This document shows positions 10,548 through 21,076 of a stretch of 64,000 nucleotides of DNA, one piece after another. The position numbers were made by a program, and so were the translations under genes. This stretch comes from an uncultured delta proteobacterium (GTDB lineage: Bacteria > Myxococcota > B64-G9), in the NCBI GenBank assembly GCA_963754925.1, contig CAVWHX010000005.1, positions 160,001 to 224,000 of the forward strand. Direction: 5' to 3'. The stretch's first letter is position 1; every line of letters begins with the position of its first letter. The notes below the pieces were generated by a model. It was not told where the DNA came from and ran no database searches. It was given only the letters and a program-made list of their open reading frames with translations.

Positions 10548-11518
10548 ATGTGTGGATTCTCCTTCAACCGGTGAGTATGAGCCCGGGGATGGGCCTGATC
10601 GTACACTTCGATTAAATGCTCAAGGTTGACGTGCGTGTACGTCTGCGTCGTCGACAAGCTGCTGTGCCCAAGGAGCTCTTGAATACTGCGCAAATCCGCG
10701 CCTGCCTGGAGCAAATGCGTTGCAAACGTATGCCGCAAGGTATGCGGACTAATGTTATAGAGCACGCCGGCGCGCGCTACCGCTTTGTTGATGGTTCGAC
10801 GTATCGACCGGACGGTCAACCGCCCGCCGTTGTGATTGAGAAAAAGTGCCTGCAACGGGGGTTTTTGGGAGCGTTTCAGCAAGCGATCGCGGGCTTCTAA
10901 ATAACCTCGCAGCGCTTCGGCAGCAAAGCGTCCGAACGGCACGAGGCGTTCCTTCTGTCCTTTTCCTAGGACTCTGACACTGCCGGTAGCTAAATCCACA
11001 TGGTCGACATCAAGCTGTGCGAGCTCCGAAACGCGCAGCCCGCTTGCGTAGAGCACCTCGAGCAGGGCTCGATCGCGCAGGCCCAAGTCGGTGGTTGTGT
11101 CCGGAGCTTGAAGGAGCGCCAAAACTTCATCCCGATCGAGATGTTTGGGAAGCTTTTTGGGCAACGTCGGCGAGCGCACGCGTTCGGCGGGGTTTGCGTC
11201 AAGCCAATGCCGCTTGACCGCATATCGATACAACCCGCGGATAGCCGCGAGCTTGCGACATATGGTGCTGGCACTCATGCCCTGATGGAGCAACGCCAGA
11301 AATGAGCGCAGATCGGGAAGACGGGCCTCCAGTATCGTGAGTCCGTTATCCTTCAGAAAATCTGACAATTGCCTGATATCATTCTTGTAGCTTATGACGG
11401 TGTGTTTCGAGAATCGCTTCTGCGTTTCAAGGTATGAAAAAAATTCTGTAAGCGCGTCCTGCGGTGAGATGGTTGCCAACATCGGGGATAGCATGGGGCC
11501 CGATCGGCCGGTTGTCAA
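10544..11518 (-). CDS. xerC: Tyrosine recombinase XerC
   Basis: [30 protein letters not shown]; typical xerC-hslVU synteny; exact start uncertain. Confidence 0.88.
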   Translation of the reverse strand: MTTGRSGPMLSPMLATISPQDALTEFFSYLETQKRFSKHTVISYKNDIRQLSDFLKDNGLTILEARLPDLRSFLALLHQGMSASTICRKLAAIRGLYRYAVKRHWLDANPAERVRSPTLPKKLPKHLDRDEVLALLQAPDTTTDLGLRDRALLEVLYASGLRVSELAQLDVDHVDLATGSVRVLGKGQKERLVPFGRFAAEALRGYLEARDRLLKRSQKPPLQALFLNHNGGRLTVRSIRRTINKAVARAGVLYNISPHTLRHTFATHLLQAGADLRSIQELLGHSSLSTTQTYTHVNLEHLIEVYDQAHPRAHTHRLKENPHI

Positions 11519-11558
11519 TGCTCAGGTTAGAACAATCGATAAATTCTCATATTTATAT

Positions 11559-12554
11559 TTAGATTCTTGATCTTACAGCGTTTTCCAGCGCTTCTTCTAA
11601 ATCGATGAGATCTTCGGGCAGCGGAGATTCAAAGCGCACCTTCTTGCCGGTGCGCGGATGGACAAACGATAGAACCGCGGCGTGCAGGGCATGACGAGTT
11701 GGCTGTAATTCGACCGGGAAGCGTCGCGCGCTGCGGCCGCCGTAAAGGGTATCGCCCAAGATCGGGTGGCCGTGGTCGGCGAGGTGGACGCGGATCTGGT
11801 GCGTTCGTCCGGTGCGTGGCTCGATCTGGATTTTCAATGCCTCCCAGGTTTTGGTTTCAAACCGGCGCAGAACCCGATAGCGTGAGACGGCTTTTTTCCC
11901 CTGCGCTACACACGAGGAGAAACGCTTTCGGTGCACCGGGTGGCGGCCAAAGAGGGTGTCGAACGCGCCCTGGTCGGCTAGCCGGTTTGCTCCGTCACGC
12001 CTAAGAGCAAAAGCGATATACCGTTTGTAAATGGTGTGCTGAGAAAATTGCGCCGCCAGCGACTGATGGGCGGCATCGTTCTTGGTCACCACCATCACCC
12101 CGCTGGTGTTGCGGTCGAGCCGATGTACGATGCCGGGCCGCGCCACCCCGCCGATCCCGGAAAGATCAGTGCAATGGTGGAGCAGGGCGTTGACCAGTGT
12201 TCCGTCGGGACTGCCGGGCGCCGGGTGAACGACGAGGTTCGCAGGCTTGTCGAGCACCAAGAGGTCCTCGTCTTGGTACAGCATCAACAACGGAATGTCC
12301 TGGGCGACCGGCTCGGCCGGCCGCGGCGTCGGTTCGTCAATCTGGACCAGCTCGCCCTGCCGTACCCTGAACGAGACCCGTACGTTGTGGCCGTTGACCA
12401 GCACGTGCTGATCAACGATCAGTTTTTGGAGGTAGGCCCGCGAACGGTCGGGGAGGGTGCGGGCCAGGAAGACATCGAGTCGTTGGCCGGCAGACTCGGG
12501 ATCGATAACGATCGTCCGGGTCGGCTGCGCCGGGCTGAAAATTGGGTCGGACAA
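11559..12554 (-). CDS. RluA-family (RluD-like) pseudouridine synthase
   Basis: S4 domain (RLDVFL), KPANLVVHP, HRLDRNTSG, GRTHQIRVH; TTG start inferred just after the upstream stop. Confidence 0.9.
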   Translation of the reverse strand: MSDPIFSPAQPTRTIVIDPESAGQRLDVFLARTLPDRSRAYLQKLIVDQHVLVNGHNVRVSFRVRQGELVQIDEPTPRPAEPVAQDIPLLMLYQDEDLLVLDKPANLVVHPAPGSPDGTLVNALLHHCTDLSGIGGVARPGIVHRLDRNTSGVMVVTKNDAAHQSLAAQFSQHTIYKRYIAFALRRDGANRLADQGAFDTLFGRHPVHRKRFSSCVAQGKKAVSRYRVLRRFETKTWEALKIQIEPRTGRTHQIRVHLADHGHPILGDTLYGGRSARRFPVELQPTRHALHAAVLSFVHPRTGKKVRFESPLPEDLIDLEEALENAVRSRI

Positions 12555-12555
12555 C

Positions 12556-12828
12556 TTACCAGATCTTGGATTTGATATGACCTTTAGACTTGACGATGAT
12601 ATCCACGAGTGCACGGTCATAAAAGTTAGTCTTTGAAAAAAGCTCGGGGGAGACGCGACTTTGGTAGAGCTGGCGCCCTTCCTCAATCTCGTCTTTGAGC
12701 ACGTCGAAGAGGTTGTCCTGCTGAATACCGCCGACGATCTTCTCTTCGTTGTAGAGACTCAAGTCCGAGGCGATCGCCCGAGCCAATCTAATGGCTGCTT
12801 CCGGCGTCGTGATAATTTGATGAGGCAT
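12556..12828 (-). CDS. Small conserved-looking hypothetical protein
   Basis: ARAIASDLSLYNEEK...EEGRQLY..RV helical domain; in operon with the RluA gene. Confidence 0.65.
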   Translation of the reverse strand: MPHQIITTPEAAIRLARAIASDLSLYNEEKIVGGIQQDNLFDVLKDEIEEGRQLYQSRVSPELFSKTNFYDRALVDIIVKSKGHIKSKIW

Positions 12829-12987
12829 GGTAGGTCTCTCTTGGTCGCTCCCGAGAGTCGATACATCTCTCTTTGGACTTAGTTTTGCGAATTCAGGTAT
12901 ATTTGTCAAGAATAGGTTTCAACTTTATACGACCATATCACGTTACCTTCTACCGCTCGCGAGGGTTTCGCACAACGTAAAGAACGT

Positions 12988-13072
12988 GTCACCCTCGCGA
13001 AGGCGGGGGTCCAGAACTACTTAAAGAAAATTGGATTCCAGCCAAGCCGCACGCCGCCTACGCGGGAATGAC
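12988..13072. repeat. REP-like palindromic element (GTCATTCCCGCG..GGCGGGAATCC family), inverted pair
   Basis: GTCACCCTCGCGAAGGCGGGGGTCCAG ... TGGATTCC...CGCGGGAATGAC; relatives at 35146-35187, 36485-36508, 51371-51450, 55597-55620. Confidence 0.7.
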
Positions 13073-13124
13073 ACCTGGAGACATTTGCAACACCCGCGCT
13101 TGCGAGGGAGGGGATGAGATATTT

Positions 13125-13919
13125 CTACGGACAGGATCGAGCCAGAAACGCATAACTGTTGTGGGCGTGGATGGACTCTTGATTTTCGACCTCGACCGAG
13201 AACCACTCGATGCGCGGATGCTTAAGCAGTTTCTTGGCCACCAGCCGGGCCACGTCCTCCACAAAACGCGGATTACGGTAGGCCTTTTCCGTGACGTATT
13301 TCTCATCCGTGCGCTTGAGGACGCTATACATTTCGCATGAGGCCGAACGCTCCACCAGGTCGATGATCTCCTCGATCCACACAAACTGCCGTTGGCGGAA
13401 GCGCACCGTCACCAATCCCCGCTGGTTGTGAGCGCCCTCTTCGCTCAGCGCCTTTGAGCACGGGCATAGGGCCGTGATCGGAACCTGGACTTCGATCTCG
13501 AGCTTTACGCCGCGTACGGCCGAACCAAAGACCGTGCAACCGTACGATAATAGTCCCTCGACCCCGGAAACCGGCGCCTTTTTGAGGATAAAAAAGGGAA
13601 ACGAAACCTCAAGGTGGGCGGTACGAGCCTTGAGCCGCCGTTTCATTTTTTGAAGGAGTTCCGGAATGGCCCGCGTGGTCATATCGTGGCAGTGCTCGTT
13701 GAGCAGTTCGACCAGGCGGCTCATGTGGGTAGCCCGCAACTGCTCGGAAAGGTTCACGTACAGGCTCACCTTGGCCACCGTGTGCTGACTCCCCGCGCTC
13801 CGATCGAGAACGGTAATCGGATACAGGATGTCTTTGACGCCAACTTTATCGATGCCGATTTTTCTGGTGTCCCGCTGGGATTGAATATCTACTGTCGCTG
13901 TCGTGTGGTTGCGCGCCAT
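13125..13919 (-). CDS. folE2: GTP cyclohydrolase IB
   Basis: THMSR, LCPCSK, AHNQRG, LKRTDE, NPRFVED, ESIHAH. Confidence 0.93.
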   Translation of the reverse strand: MARNHTTATVDIQSQRDTRKIGIDKVGVKDILYPITVLDRSAGSQHTVAKVSLYVNLSEQLRATHMSRLVELLNEHCHDMTTRAIPELLQKMKRRLKARTAHLEVSFPFFILKKAPVSGVEGLLSYGCTVFGSAVRGVKLEIEVQVPITALCPCSKALSEEGAHNQRGLVTVRFRQRQFVWIEEIIDLVERSASCEMYSVLKRTDEKYVTEKAYRNPRFVEDVARLVAKKLLKHPRIEWFSVEVENQESIHAHNSYAFLARSCP

Positions 13920-14095
13920 AACGGGGCGATACTAACAGGTGAGATGGGTAGTTTCAATTCCGAAAAAAGTTTGGCGGGAAATGCTTGACGCTAGAACCGA
14001 ATTACCAGTACAGTCCGAGAAAGTTAATCGGCTCGGGGTTCCTAATTGAGCTTTATTCCTTTGGTCGAGAAGAGTAGGGGTCTTAAGGAGACTTA

Positions 14096-14752
14096 ATGAA
14101 ACTTTTTATCGACACCGCCAATATCGATGAAATCAAGCGCATCAGTGCCTTAGGGGTTATTGATGGCGTGACCACGAATCCAAGCCTCATTGCCAAGGAG
14201 ACCGGCAAGTCTTTCGAGAACATTATTCGCGAGATTTGCAGCGTTGTTAGTGGTCCGGTGTCGGCCGAGATCATTTCCCTGGATGCTCCTTCTATGATCA
14301 AGGAGGGTCGCCATCTTGCCAAGATCGCTAAGAATGTGGTCATCAAGGTGCCGATGACGCCGGAAGGGTTAAAGGCCACTAAGGCCTTCAAGGCCGAAGA
14401 TATCAAGACCAATCTGACCTTGTGCTTTTCTACCGCCCAGGGCCTGTTAGCCGCCAAGGCCGGCGCGGCCTATGTTTCTCCATTTGTCGGCCGGCTCGAT
14501 GATTGCAGCCATATGGGGATGAGTCTTATTCATGAGTTGGTGAAGATATTCAAAAACTATGAGATTCAGACGCAGGTGCTTGCGGCCTCCATCCGCGGAT
14601 CCCGAAATATCATAGAAGCGGCACTCGCCGGAGCCCATGCGGCCACGCTCCCGCCAAAGATTTTCGATCAGATGCTTTCCCACCCTCTTACCGATCGCGG
14701 CATCGAGGCTTTTCTGGCAGATTGGAAAAAAAGCGGCAGACCGTCGTTGTAG
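14096..14752 (+). CDS. Transaldolase / fructose-6-phosphate aldolase family
   Basis: FIDTAN, GVTTNPS, VIKVP (Schiff-base Lys), [17 protein letters not shown]. Confidence 0.93.
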   Translation: MKLFIDTANIDEIKRISALGVIDGVTTNPSLIAKETGKSFENIIREICSVVSGPVSAEIISLDAPSMIKEGRHLAKIAKNVVIKVPMTPEGLKATKAFKAEDIKTNLTLCFSTAQGLLAAKAGAAYVSPFVGRLDDCSHMGMSLIHELVKIFKNYEIQTQVLAASIRGSRNIIEAALAGAHAATLPPKIFDQMLSHPLTDRGIEAFLADWKKSGRPSL

Positions 14753-14901
14753 CGCCCGCCCCGATTAACCCATCGGATTTAACTTTAAAGCCCCGGACAA
14801 TCCACGTGGGCTTGTTGACAAGAATGGACCAAATTGATAGCAGAATAAGAGGTGATGCACAGGCATCTATTGGTTATTCAAAATAATGTTGGACGATCAC
14901 C

Positions 14902-15954
14902 ATGCGGGTAGCAATTAATGGATTTGGGCGTATCGGAAAAATGGTCCTGCGGGCCCTCTCTGCGAGGAACCTGTTGGGTTCTGAAATCGACGTTGTCGCC
15001 GTAGCCGATGTTGCCAATGATGCGGACTATTATGCCTACCAACTAAAATATGATTCGGTGCATCAGCGGTTTGATGGAATCGTTGCATCCGATAAAAGCT
15101 CTCAGAATATGGTTTCAAACGACGTTCTGGTCGTCGGCGGTCATAGAATAAGAACCATAGCTGCCGCGGAAGACCCGTCACTGCTTCCCTGGAAAAGAAT
15201 GGAGATCGGTGTCGTTATCGATACGACCGGGCGTTTCACCACGTTCGAAAAAGCATCGGGTCATATCGCTGCCGGCGCGCAGCGGGTGCTGCTCACGAAC
15301 ATGCCGGAACGCGATGACATTAAGATGATAATTATCGGGGTCAATGACGGCGACTATGACCCGGTGGACCTACGAATTGTTTCAAACGCCAACTGTACCG
15401 CGAATTGCATTATCCCGTTGTTGTATGCGTTGAAAAGAGAAGGGATTGAGATAGAAAAGGGACAGGTGACTATTTTGCTGCCCTATACCGCCAGTAGAAA
15501 GATAGTGGATGGATATTCAACGCGAAGCTTCCGCGACGGGCGGTCCGCTGCGATTAATATTATTCCGTCGACCGTCAACGCGGCGCAGGCCATTGGCCAG
15601 GTGTTTCCGGAGATGCGGGGAAAGGTCGCCGACCTTGCGTTGAGAGTTCCGGTCGCAGAGGTGTCGCTGGTTGATTTTTCCTGCATGGTTAAGCATGACA
15701 GCTCGATAGGCGAGATAGACAGCGCCCTGCACAAGGCTTCAAAAACATACCTCAAAGGCATCGTGGGCACCGTCGCCGAGGAAATTGTCTCGAGCGATGT
15801 GATCGGCGATGCCCGATCATCGATCTACGATTCATTGTTGACCACAAAAAACAATATCAGCGGCGAGAAACGTTTTTTTAGAATCTTTGCGTGGTACGAT
15901 AATGAGTGGGGATATGCGAATAGGGTCGTTGATCTGTTGCTCAAGATGTCATGA
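14902..15954 (+). CDS. Divergent type I GAPDH-like protein
   Basis: INGFGRIG, SNANCTANC, LRVPV, WYDNEWGY; catalytic His position reads TILLPYT. Confidence 0.85.
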   Translation: MRVAINGFGRIGKMVLRALSARNLLGSEIDVVAVADVANDADYYAYQLKYDSVHQRFDGIVASDKSSQNMVSNDVLVVGGHRIRTIAAAEDPSLLPWKRMEIGVVIDTTGRFTTFEKASGHIAAGAQRVLLTNMPERDDIKMIIIGVNDGDYDPVDLRIVSNANCTANCIIPLLYALKREGIEIEKGQVTILLPYTASRKIVDGYSTRSFRDGRSAAINIIPSTVNAAQAIGQVFPEMRGKVADLALRVPVAEVSLVDFSCMVKHDSSIGEIDSALHKASKTYLKGIVGTVAEEIVSSDVIGDARSSIYDSLLTTKNNISGEKRFFRIFAWYDNEWGYANRVVDLLLKMS

Positions 15955-15974
15955 ACCACCCGTAGGGCGAGACC

Positions 15975-18900
15975 ATGGAAGCAGAAAAGAAAGACTGGCA
16001 GTCATCGGCGCTGAAGGTGAATCTTGAGAGAACCGCCGCGACGGTCGAGATTTCTGAGCACTATATGCCGCTGCTCGCCATTGTCGATGAATACTACGGG
16101 CTCTCGCGAAAGACCAGGAAACTGCTGACCGAGCTCGCCCATCCTTTTGTGAACTGGGAATACGTCCTGACCGAATTGAAGACCATTTCGATAGGTGATT
16201 TTTACTACTATAATATGCACGCTGACGGGCGAACAGCCCTGTCACTATTCCTGCAAATCTATTTCGACATCATCCGACAGGCGCCGGACGAAGATACCAA
16301 AGACAGCACCCTTCAGTACCTTTTTGAATACCTCAACACGGTCGTGGCCAACAGCGGCGCGTTGCTCGCGAGAAATATGCTGGTTTTTCCTTTCGTTATA
16401 GAATCTCTCCGCTCCGTCACGGCCGAGCGGCGCATGCTGCTTAAAAAAAGCTCGGGCTACCTTAAGAAAACGCTGCGGCTGTTGGTAGAAAAGGGCATTG
16501 ATACCACGTCAGACGGCATGTCCACCCTACTGTACGACATCTTCAAACAAACGTACCAATTCTGGCTCGCTCAGCCAAACCCGGCGGTATGGTTTCACGG
16601 TGACGGAGAGTCCGAAGCGGAAATCAACGCACACCGAAGTTTGAGCTATCCGCTCTCGCATGAACATCTGAACCTTCTTCTCGAACGGCTTGAAACCTTG
16701 TATCAGCCGGTTAGGGAAGGACGGGGAGAGTCCTGGGTGCCGTATCTCGATATGCCGGACTATTCTCAAATCGTGAACGGGTACCTGCTGATAGCCGACG
16801 AAATGGAGAAGTCGCCGGTGTATGCTGGCCGTCAGCATCTGGTAAAGCTCGACTTCCTTTTTAATATCATGAGCGTGCCCAGTCTTTCGGATATTCACGG
16901 CCGGGCTCTTCGGGAAATCAATCTGTGTTTGCGCATGGTGTTCAAGGAACAGCAACCGGAGCATCTCTGCGAATTCGTGCGAACGATTTTCAGTTTACTC
17001 AAAAAGAGCGAATCTCAGCATGAACATCGCGGCGCCATTATCGACTGTATTACCACGATTGCCCGGGAAGTCTTTGACCAGAACAATCATCCCCTGGTTG
17101 AAACGTTCATTGAGGAACTCGTAGCCTTTGGTTTTCAGCATCCCGAGGTGAGAGGTTCAACCGCTGAATGGCAGATACAGGTAAATCCCGCCCATATTAT
17201 GAATATCCGATCCTGGCTTGCCATAGCCGCCCTGAAGCCGCGCTGGACCAAACGCCTTTTGTCGGCTCTCATCATCAACCTCAAAATCGGCGGCATTCTG
17301 ATCCGCGACACCGACCTCGTCCAGCGGGATATATCGGCGTTCCTAAACTCGGATATAGGGCCTGCCTACAACTTGGCGAAGCAGCTCCTCAGGATCTTCC
17401 CGGTCTATTTTAGCGAGATCGGGGCCGAGGGTGAATTGAGGGACATATCGACCAATGTCGATGAGCTTTCCTTCAGGAAGGATAAGCTCATCAATTTTTT
17501 GCGCAAACAATCCCATGTGGAAAGCAACAGCCTCTTGGTGGGGTTTGTTGAAGATGCTTTTCAGTTCTGGTATTCAGGCAACCGGGAGTATATCAAAGGC
17601 CACCTTCCCGAAGAGGTTTTCGAGCAGGTTCCGAATTCGGGAGAGTATTTTGAAGGTCTTCATAAAATATTCAACCAGCTATTTCCAAAGGTGGACAACA
17701 ATCCGCAGAATTTTCTCGACTGGAATACGGCCAAAATCCAAAGGGAGCTGAAGTCCGTCCGGGGTGTCGACGCACGGGATACGGAACGCACCCTGCTGAT
17801 GATACGTTTCTACCAGCTCTTGTACAAAAAATACCATCCCCAGCACATCGATTTGCTCAAAGACATGGAGGCCGCGTATATCTTTGACCGAACCAGAATA
17901 CAAGTTCTGAGAAGAGCCCTCCAGCGCAAAGATTACTACAAAAGCATCAGTGTCATCCTCAACCTCCTATCCATGCTTAAAGAACGGATCCTTTCTCCCA
18001 AAAAGACGGAAAGTTTCGAGAACATATACCACAAACGGCACATCGCGGCCGGCATACCGTCGATGTACGGCACCTACCATGAAGAAAAGTTCGAGGCGGT
18101 CGGCTTCTCGCTGCGTCTCGAAAGCTTTGCCACCATGCTTTTCGAGGAGCTGATACAGTCGCTGAATCTCAAATTCATCACCAAAAGCACCTTGATGAGA
18201 ATCCACCGGTGCCTGTGGCTCTATACCAAGGCCCTTGAGCTGGAGGGCATTGCCGCCAAGGGCCTGGTCGCCACGATGAAATACGTTACCAGCGCCCTGC
18301 AAGTAAAACAATTCTCCATCGACCAGTATATCGACATATTTCGTTTCATCTCAAAGGGAATCCAAGACATCATACGGGTTTATTATATCGATGCCCACCG
18401 TTCAAACCTTCCGATTATCATCGGTCAGGTCCTCCACCGCGACCGCTCGGTAGAACTCCGCACGATAGCGCCGCAAGACGAGGAGGTGATGTATCAGCAC
18501 TCGGAAAACTTCATCCGGGGTACTGTTGCCAGCGCATTCGGTCTTCAGGTGCTGGATAACCTGATCAACGGGGTTATCGGGACTCTCAACGCGGAAGTGG
18601 AGAAGTTCAAAGATAATAAACAGATTCTCAATCTTGTGATGAACTACAACCCCGACCTTACCATATCATCGCTCTATGAGAAAAACGGTAAGATCGATAA
18701 CCAAATTCTACTCGGCAACAAGGGTTATTTTTTGAAGGAACTGGTGTCTTTTGGTTTTCGGGTCCCGCCGGGCTTCATCATTACGACGGAAGTGTTCAGA
18801 AGTTCTGAAGCGGTGTTTGGTTACCAGTACATCTTCAAGGACCTGGCGGTGCGCATCAACGCCGAGGTAAAAAAGCTTGAAAAGCTGACCGGGCGCACGT

Positions 18901-20192
18901 TTGGCGATCCCCACAATCCCCTGCTGATTTCGGTGCGCAGCGGCGCGACCATCTCTCTTCCCGGCATGATGCACTCGTTCCTCAACGTGGGTATCAACGA
19001 GGCCATCGCCGAAGGACTGAGCACAAAAAAGGATTACCAGTGGGCGGCATGGGATTCGTACCGGAGGTTTCTCCAGTCCTGGGGCATGTTCCAGGGGCAG
19101 AACCGCGATTATTTTGACGGGATCATGAACCGTTACAAAAGCAAATTCAGGGTGGAGAAGAAAATCCAGTTCGACCCCGATCAAATGAGGCAGCTTGCCC
19201 TGGCCTACAAACAAGCTCTGGCCTCCTCGGGCATCGAGGTCACCGACGATCCCGTCGATCAGTTACGGCTGGCCATTTTTCAGGTGTTCGGATCGTGGTA
19301 TTCGGAACAAGCCAAAATATACCGCCGCCAAATGCGTCTTTCTGATGAATGGGGGACCGCCGCCATCGTGCAAGCCATGGTCTTCGGAAATCTAAATAAC
19401 AATTCGGGATCGGGCGTTATCTTCACCCGGAATCCCCGGGGCGTACCTCCCGAGGTGACCCTGTATGGCGATTTCATATCGGGCGCCCAAGGGGACGACA
19501 TTGTGTCGGGTTTGGTGGAGACCTATCCCATTTCGGAAAAACAGCGGCTGGCGGAAAAGAGAAGCGTGCCGATCTCCCTCGAGGTGAAATTTCCGAATAT
19601 CTACAGCGAACTGATCCGCCTATCCGAGATCCTGATTTATGAAAAAAGTCTCAACCATCAGGAAATAGAGTTCACCTTCGAGAATGTGGGCAAGGAAAAG
19701 CTTTACATTTTGCAGACCCGGGACATGGTGCCGCGGGAGACGACCATGCTCAGGCGTTTTAAAGACACACCCGAACTCAAGGAATCGTTCCTAGGTTCGG
19801 GAATCGGGGTGGGCGGGGGCGCCTTATGTGGGAGGGTCGTCTATTCTGAAGCGGATATAAAAAAGTTCCGAAGCGAAGAGCCCCAAACCGCCCTCATCTT
19901 GATCCGTCCCGATACCGTGCCCGACAACGTGGGAGTGGTCCTCCAGGTCGAAGGGCTCCTCACCGCGCGGGGCGGCGGAACATCCCACGCAGCCGTGACC
20001 ATCCCGCAGCTCAACAAGGTCGGGGTGGTGGGTTTCAACAAGCTCCAGGTTTACGAGGCAAACGGGTGGAGCGCGATCGAAAACCGCCGAATCGGGAGCG
20101 GGGATTTCATCGCTATCGACGGGTGGAGCGGCATGGTCTACCTGGGCCGGCACGAAATCGAATCCGAAGGCTTGCATGATGCCATGATATAG
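15975..20192 (+). CDS. Large PPDK-related dikinase (unknown ~900-aa N-terminus, ATP-grasp, phospho-His swivel domain)
   Basis: LGNKG..L, VPPGFIITT, PLLISVRSGA..SLPGMM, VQAMVFGN, QEIEFT, LQTR, RGGGTSHAAV. Confidence 0.85.
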   Translation: MEAEKKDWQSSALKVNLERTAATVEISEHYMPLLAIVDEYYGLSRKTRKLLTELAHPFVNWEYVLTELKTISIGDFYYYNMHADGRTALSLFLQIYFDIIRQAPDEDTKDSTLQYLFEYLNTVVANSGALLARNMLVFPFVIESLRSVTAERRMLLKKSSGYLKKTLRLLVEKGIDTTSDGMSTLLYDIFKQTYQFWLAQPNPAVWFHGDGESEAEINAHRSLSYPLSHEHLNLLLERLETLYQPVREGRGESWVPYLDMPDYSQIVNGYLLIADEMEKSPVYAGRQHLVKLDFLFNIMSVPSLSDIHGRALREINLCLRMVFKEQQPEHLCEFVRTIFSLLKKSESQHEHRGAIIDCITTIAREVFDQNNHPLVETFIEELVAFGFQHPEVRGSTAEWQIQVNPAHIMNIRSWLAIAALKPRWTKRLLSALIINLKIGGILIRDTDLVQRDISAFLNSDIGPAYNLAKQLLRIFPVYFSEIGAEGELRDISTNVDELSFRKDKLINFLRKQSHVESNSLLVGFVEDAFQFWYSGNREYIKGHLPEEVFEQVPNSGEYFEGLHKIFNQLFPKVDNNPQNFLDWNTAKIQRELKSVRGVDARDTERTLLMIRFYQLLYKKYHPQHIDLLKDMEAAYIFDRTRIQVLRRALQRKDYYKSISVILNLLSMLKERILSPKKTESFENIYHKRHIAAGIPSMYGTYHEEKFEAVGFSLRLESFATMLFEELIQSLNLKFITKSTLMRIHRCLWLYTKALELEGIAAKGLVATMKYVTSALQVKQFSIDQYIDIFRFISKGIQDIIRVYYIDAHRSNLPIIIGQVLHRDRSVELRTIAPQDEEVMYQHSENFIRGTVASAFGLQVLDNLINGVIGTLNAEVEKFKDNKQILNLVMNYNPDLTISSLYEKNGKIDNQILLGNKGYFLKELVSFGFRVPPGFIITTEVFRSSEAVFGYQYIFKDLAVRINAEVKKLEKLTGRTFGDPHNPLLISVRSGATISLPGMMHSFLNVGINEAIAEGLSTKKDYQWAAWDSYRRFLQSWGMFQGQNRDYFDGIMNRYKSKFRVEKKIQFDPDQMRQLALAYKQALASSGIEVTDDPVDQLRLAIFQVFGSWYSEQAKIYRRQMRLSDEWGTAAIVQAMVFGNLNNNSGSGVIFTRNPRGVPPEVTLYGDFISGAQGDDIVSGLVETYPISEKQRLAEKRSVPISLEVKFPNIYSELIRLSEILIYEKSLNHQEIEFTFENVGKEKLYILQTRDMVPRETTMLRRFKDTPELKESFLGSGIGVGGGALCGRVVYSEADIKKFRSEEPQTALILIRPDTVPDNVGVVLQVEGLLTARGGGTSHAAVTIPQLNKVGVVGFNKLQVYEANGWSAIENRRIGSGDFIAIDGWSGMVYLGRHEIESEGLHDAMI

Positions 20193-20445
20193 GGACGGCT
20201 GCGAAAACGGCGATACGCCCCAGGTCTGATCGCGGTCCGCTGGGTCTTCCGGTCACCCCCACTGAAAGAGAATTCGTATGGCATAGAATACCCCCCCTTG
20301 CGACTCAACCGGTTTCCGCAAAGCTCACAATCGCTAACTATGCGATCCGTGACCCATTAATTACTTATGTTCCCTGTCTCTTGCGTAATGACAATACGTA
20401 ACCTCTTGATATTTTTTCAACTAATAATTTTCATCACTCTTGAGA

Positions 20446-20808
20446 TCATTTTCGGGCCTTGGCGTAGTCGATCATCCCTTGGAAATCCACGACGACAGCC
20501 GGTTCGTCTCCCACCACCCACGCATCGTGGCCAGCGGAGAGCAGCGACACATCCCCCGCCCGACACTCAAACTCGGTTCCGTCGTCCATCCGAACCTTGA
20601 GCGTCCCCGACACATGATACTGAAAATGCGGCGCCTCGCAGCTCTTGGTCTTGGCGATAGGTTGAACCGATGTCGACCATCTCCAGCCTGGCTGGAGGGT
20701 GGCTCGGCCGACCGTGGCTCCGCCGATCTTTATTAACTCAAGGTGGCCCCTAGGGAATTCACGAAACTCATCCGCCTTTCCAAAACTCTTCAATTCCGAC
20801 TTTTTCAT
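20446..20808 (-). CDS. Cupin-domain protein
   Basis: PGWRWS, CEAPHFQYHVSG, GHDAWVVG; GGAGG RBS. Confidence 0.85.
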   Translation of the reverse strand: MKKSELKSFGKADEFREFPRGHLELIKIGGATVGRATLQPGWRWSTSVQPIAKTKSCEAPHFQYHVSGTLKVRMDDGTEFECRAGDVSLLSAGHDAWVVGDEPAVVVDFQGMIDYAKARK

Positions 20809-21076
20809 AGTGCACCTCCTGATTAACATGTTAAGAAGGGCTGGTTTTTTAGCCAGCCAAGATAGAACGCCCCCCTTAAAGTCAGTCTCAAACTGACTTC
20901 AGGTATGGCATCCCCTTAAGAACACGAAAATTAATCTGCAAATGTTACGCCAAGCGTGTCACCTATCGGCGGGCAGCGCATTCCCCCTCACGTCCTTTCG
21001 AGACGGTGCCAAGACTCATATTTGATGGTCCAAAACAGGCTACCGAAGGTGCAGGACCGCTACATTTTGATGGGTC

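Noticed and set aside
10544..11518. Tyrosine recombinase as a phage or integron integrase
   Set aside because: XerC-like size and motifs, housekeeping xerC-hslVU context, no IntI-specific insertion or att sites.
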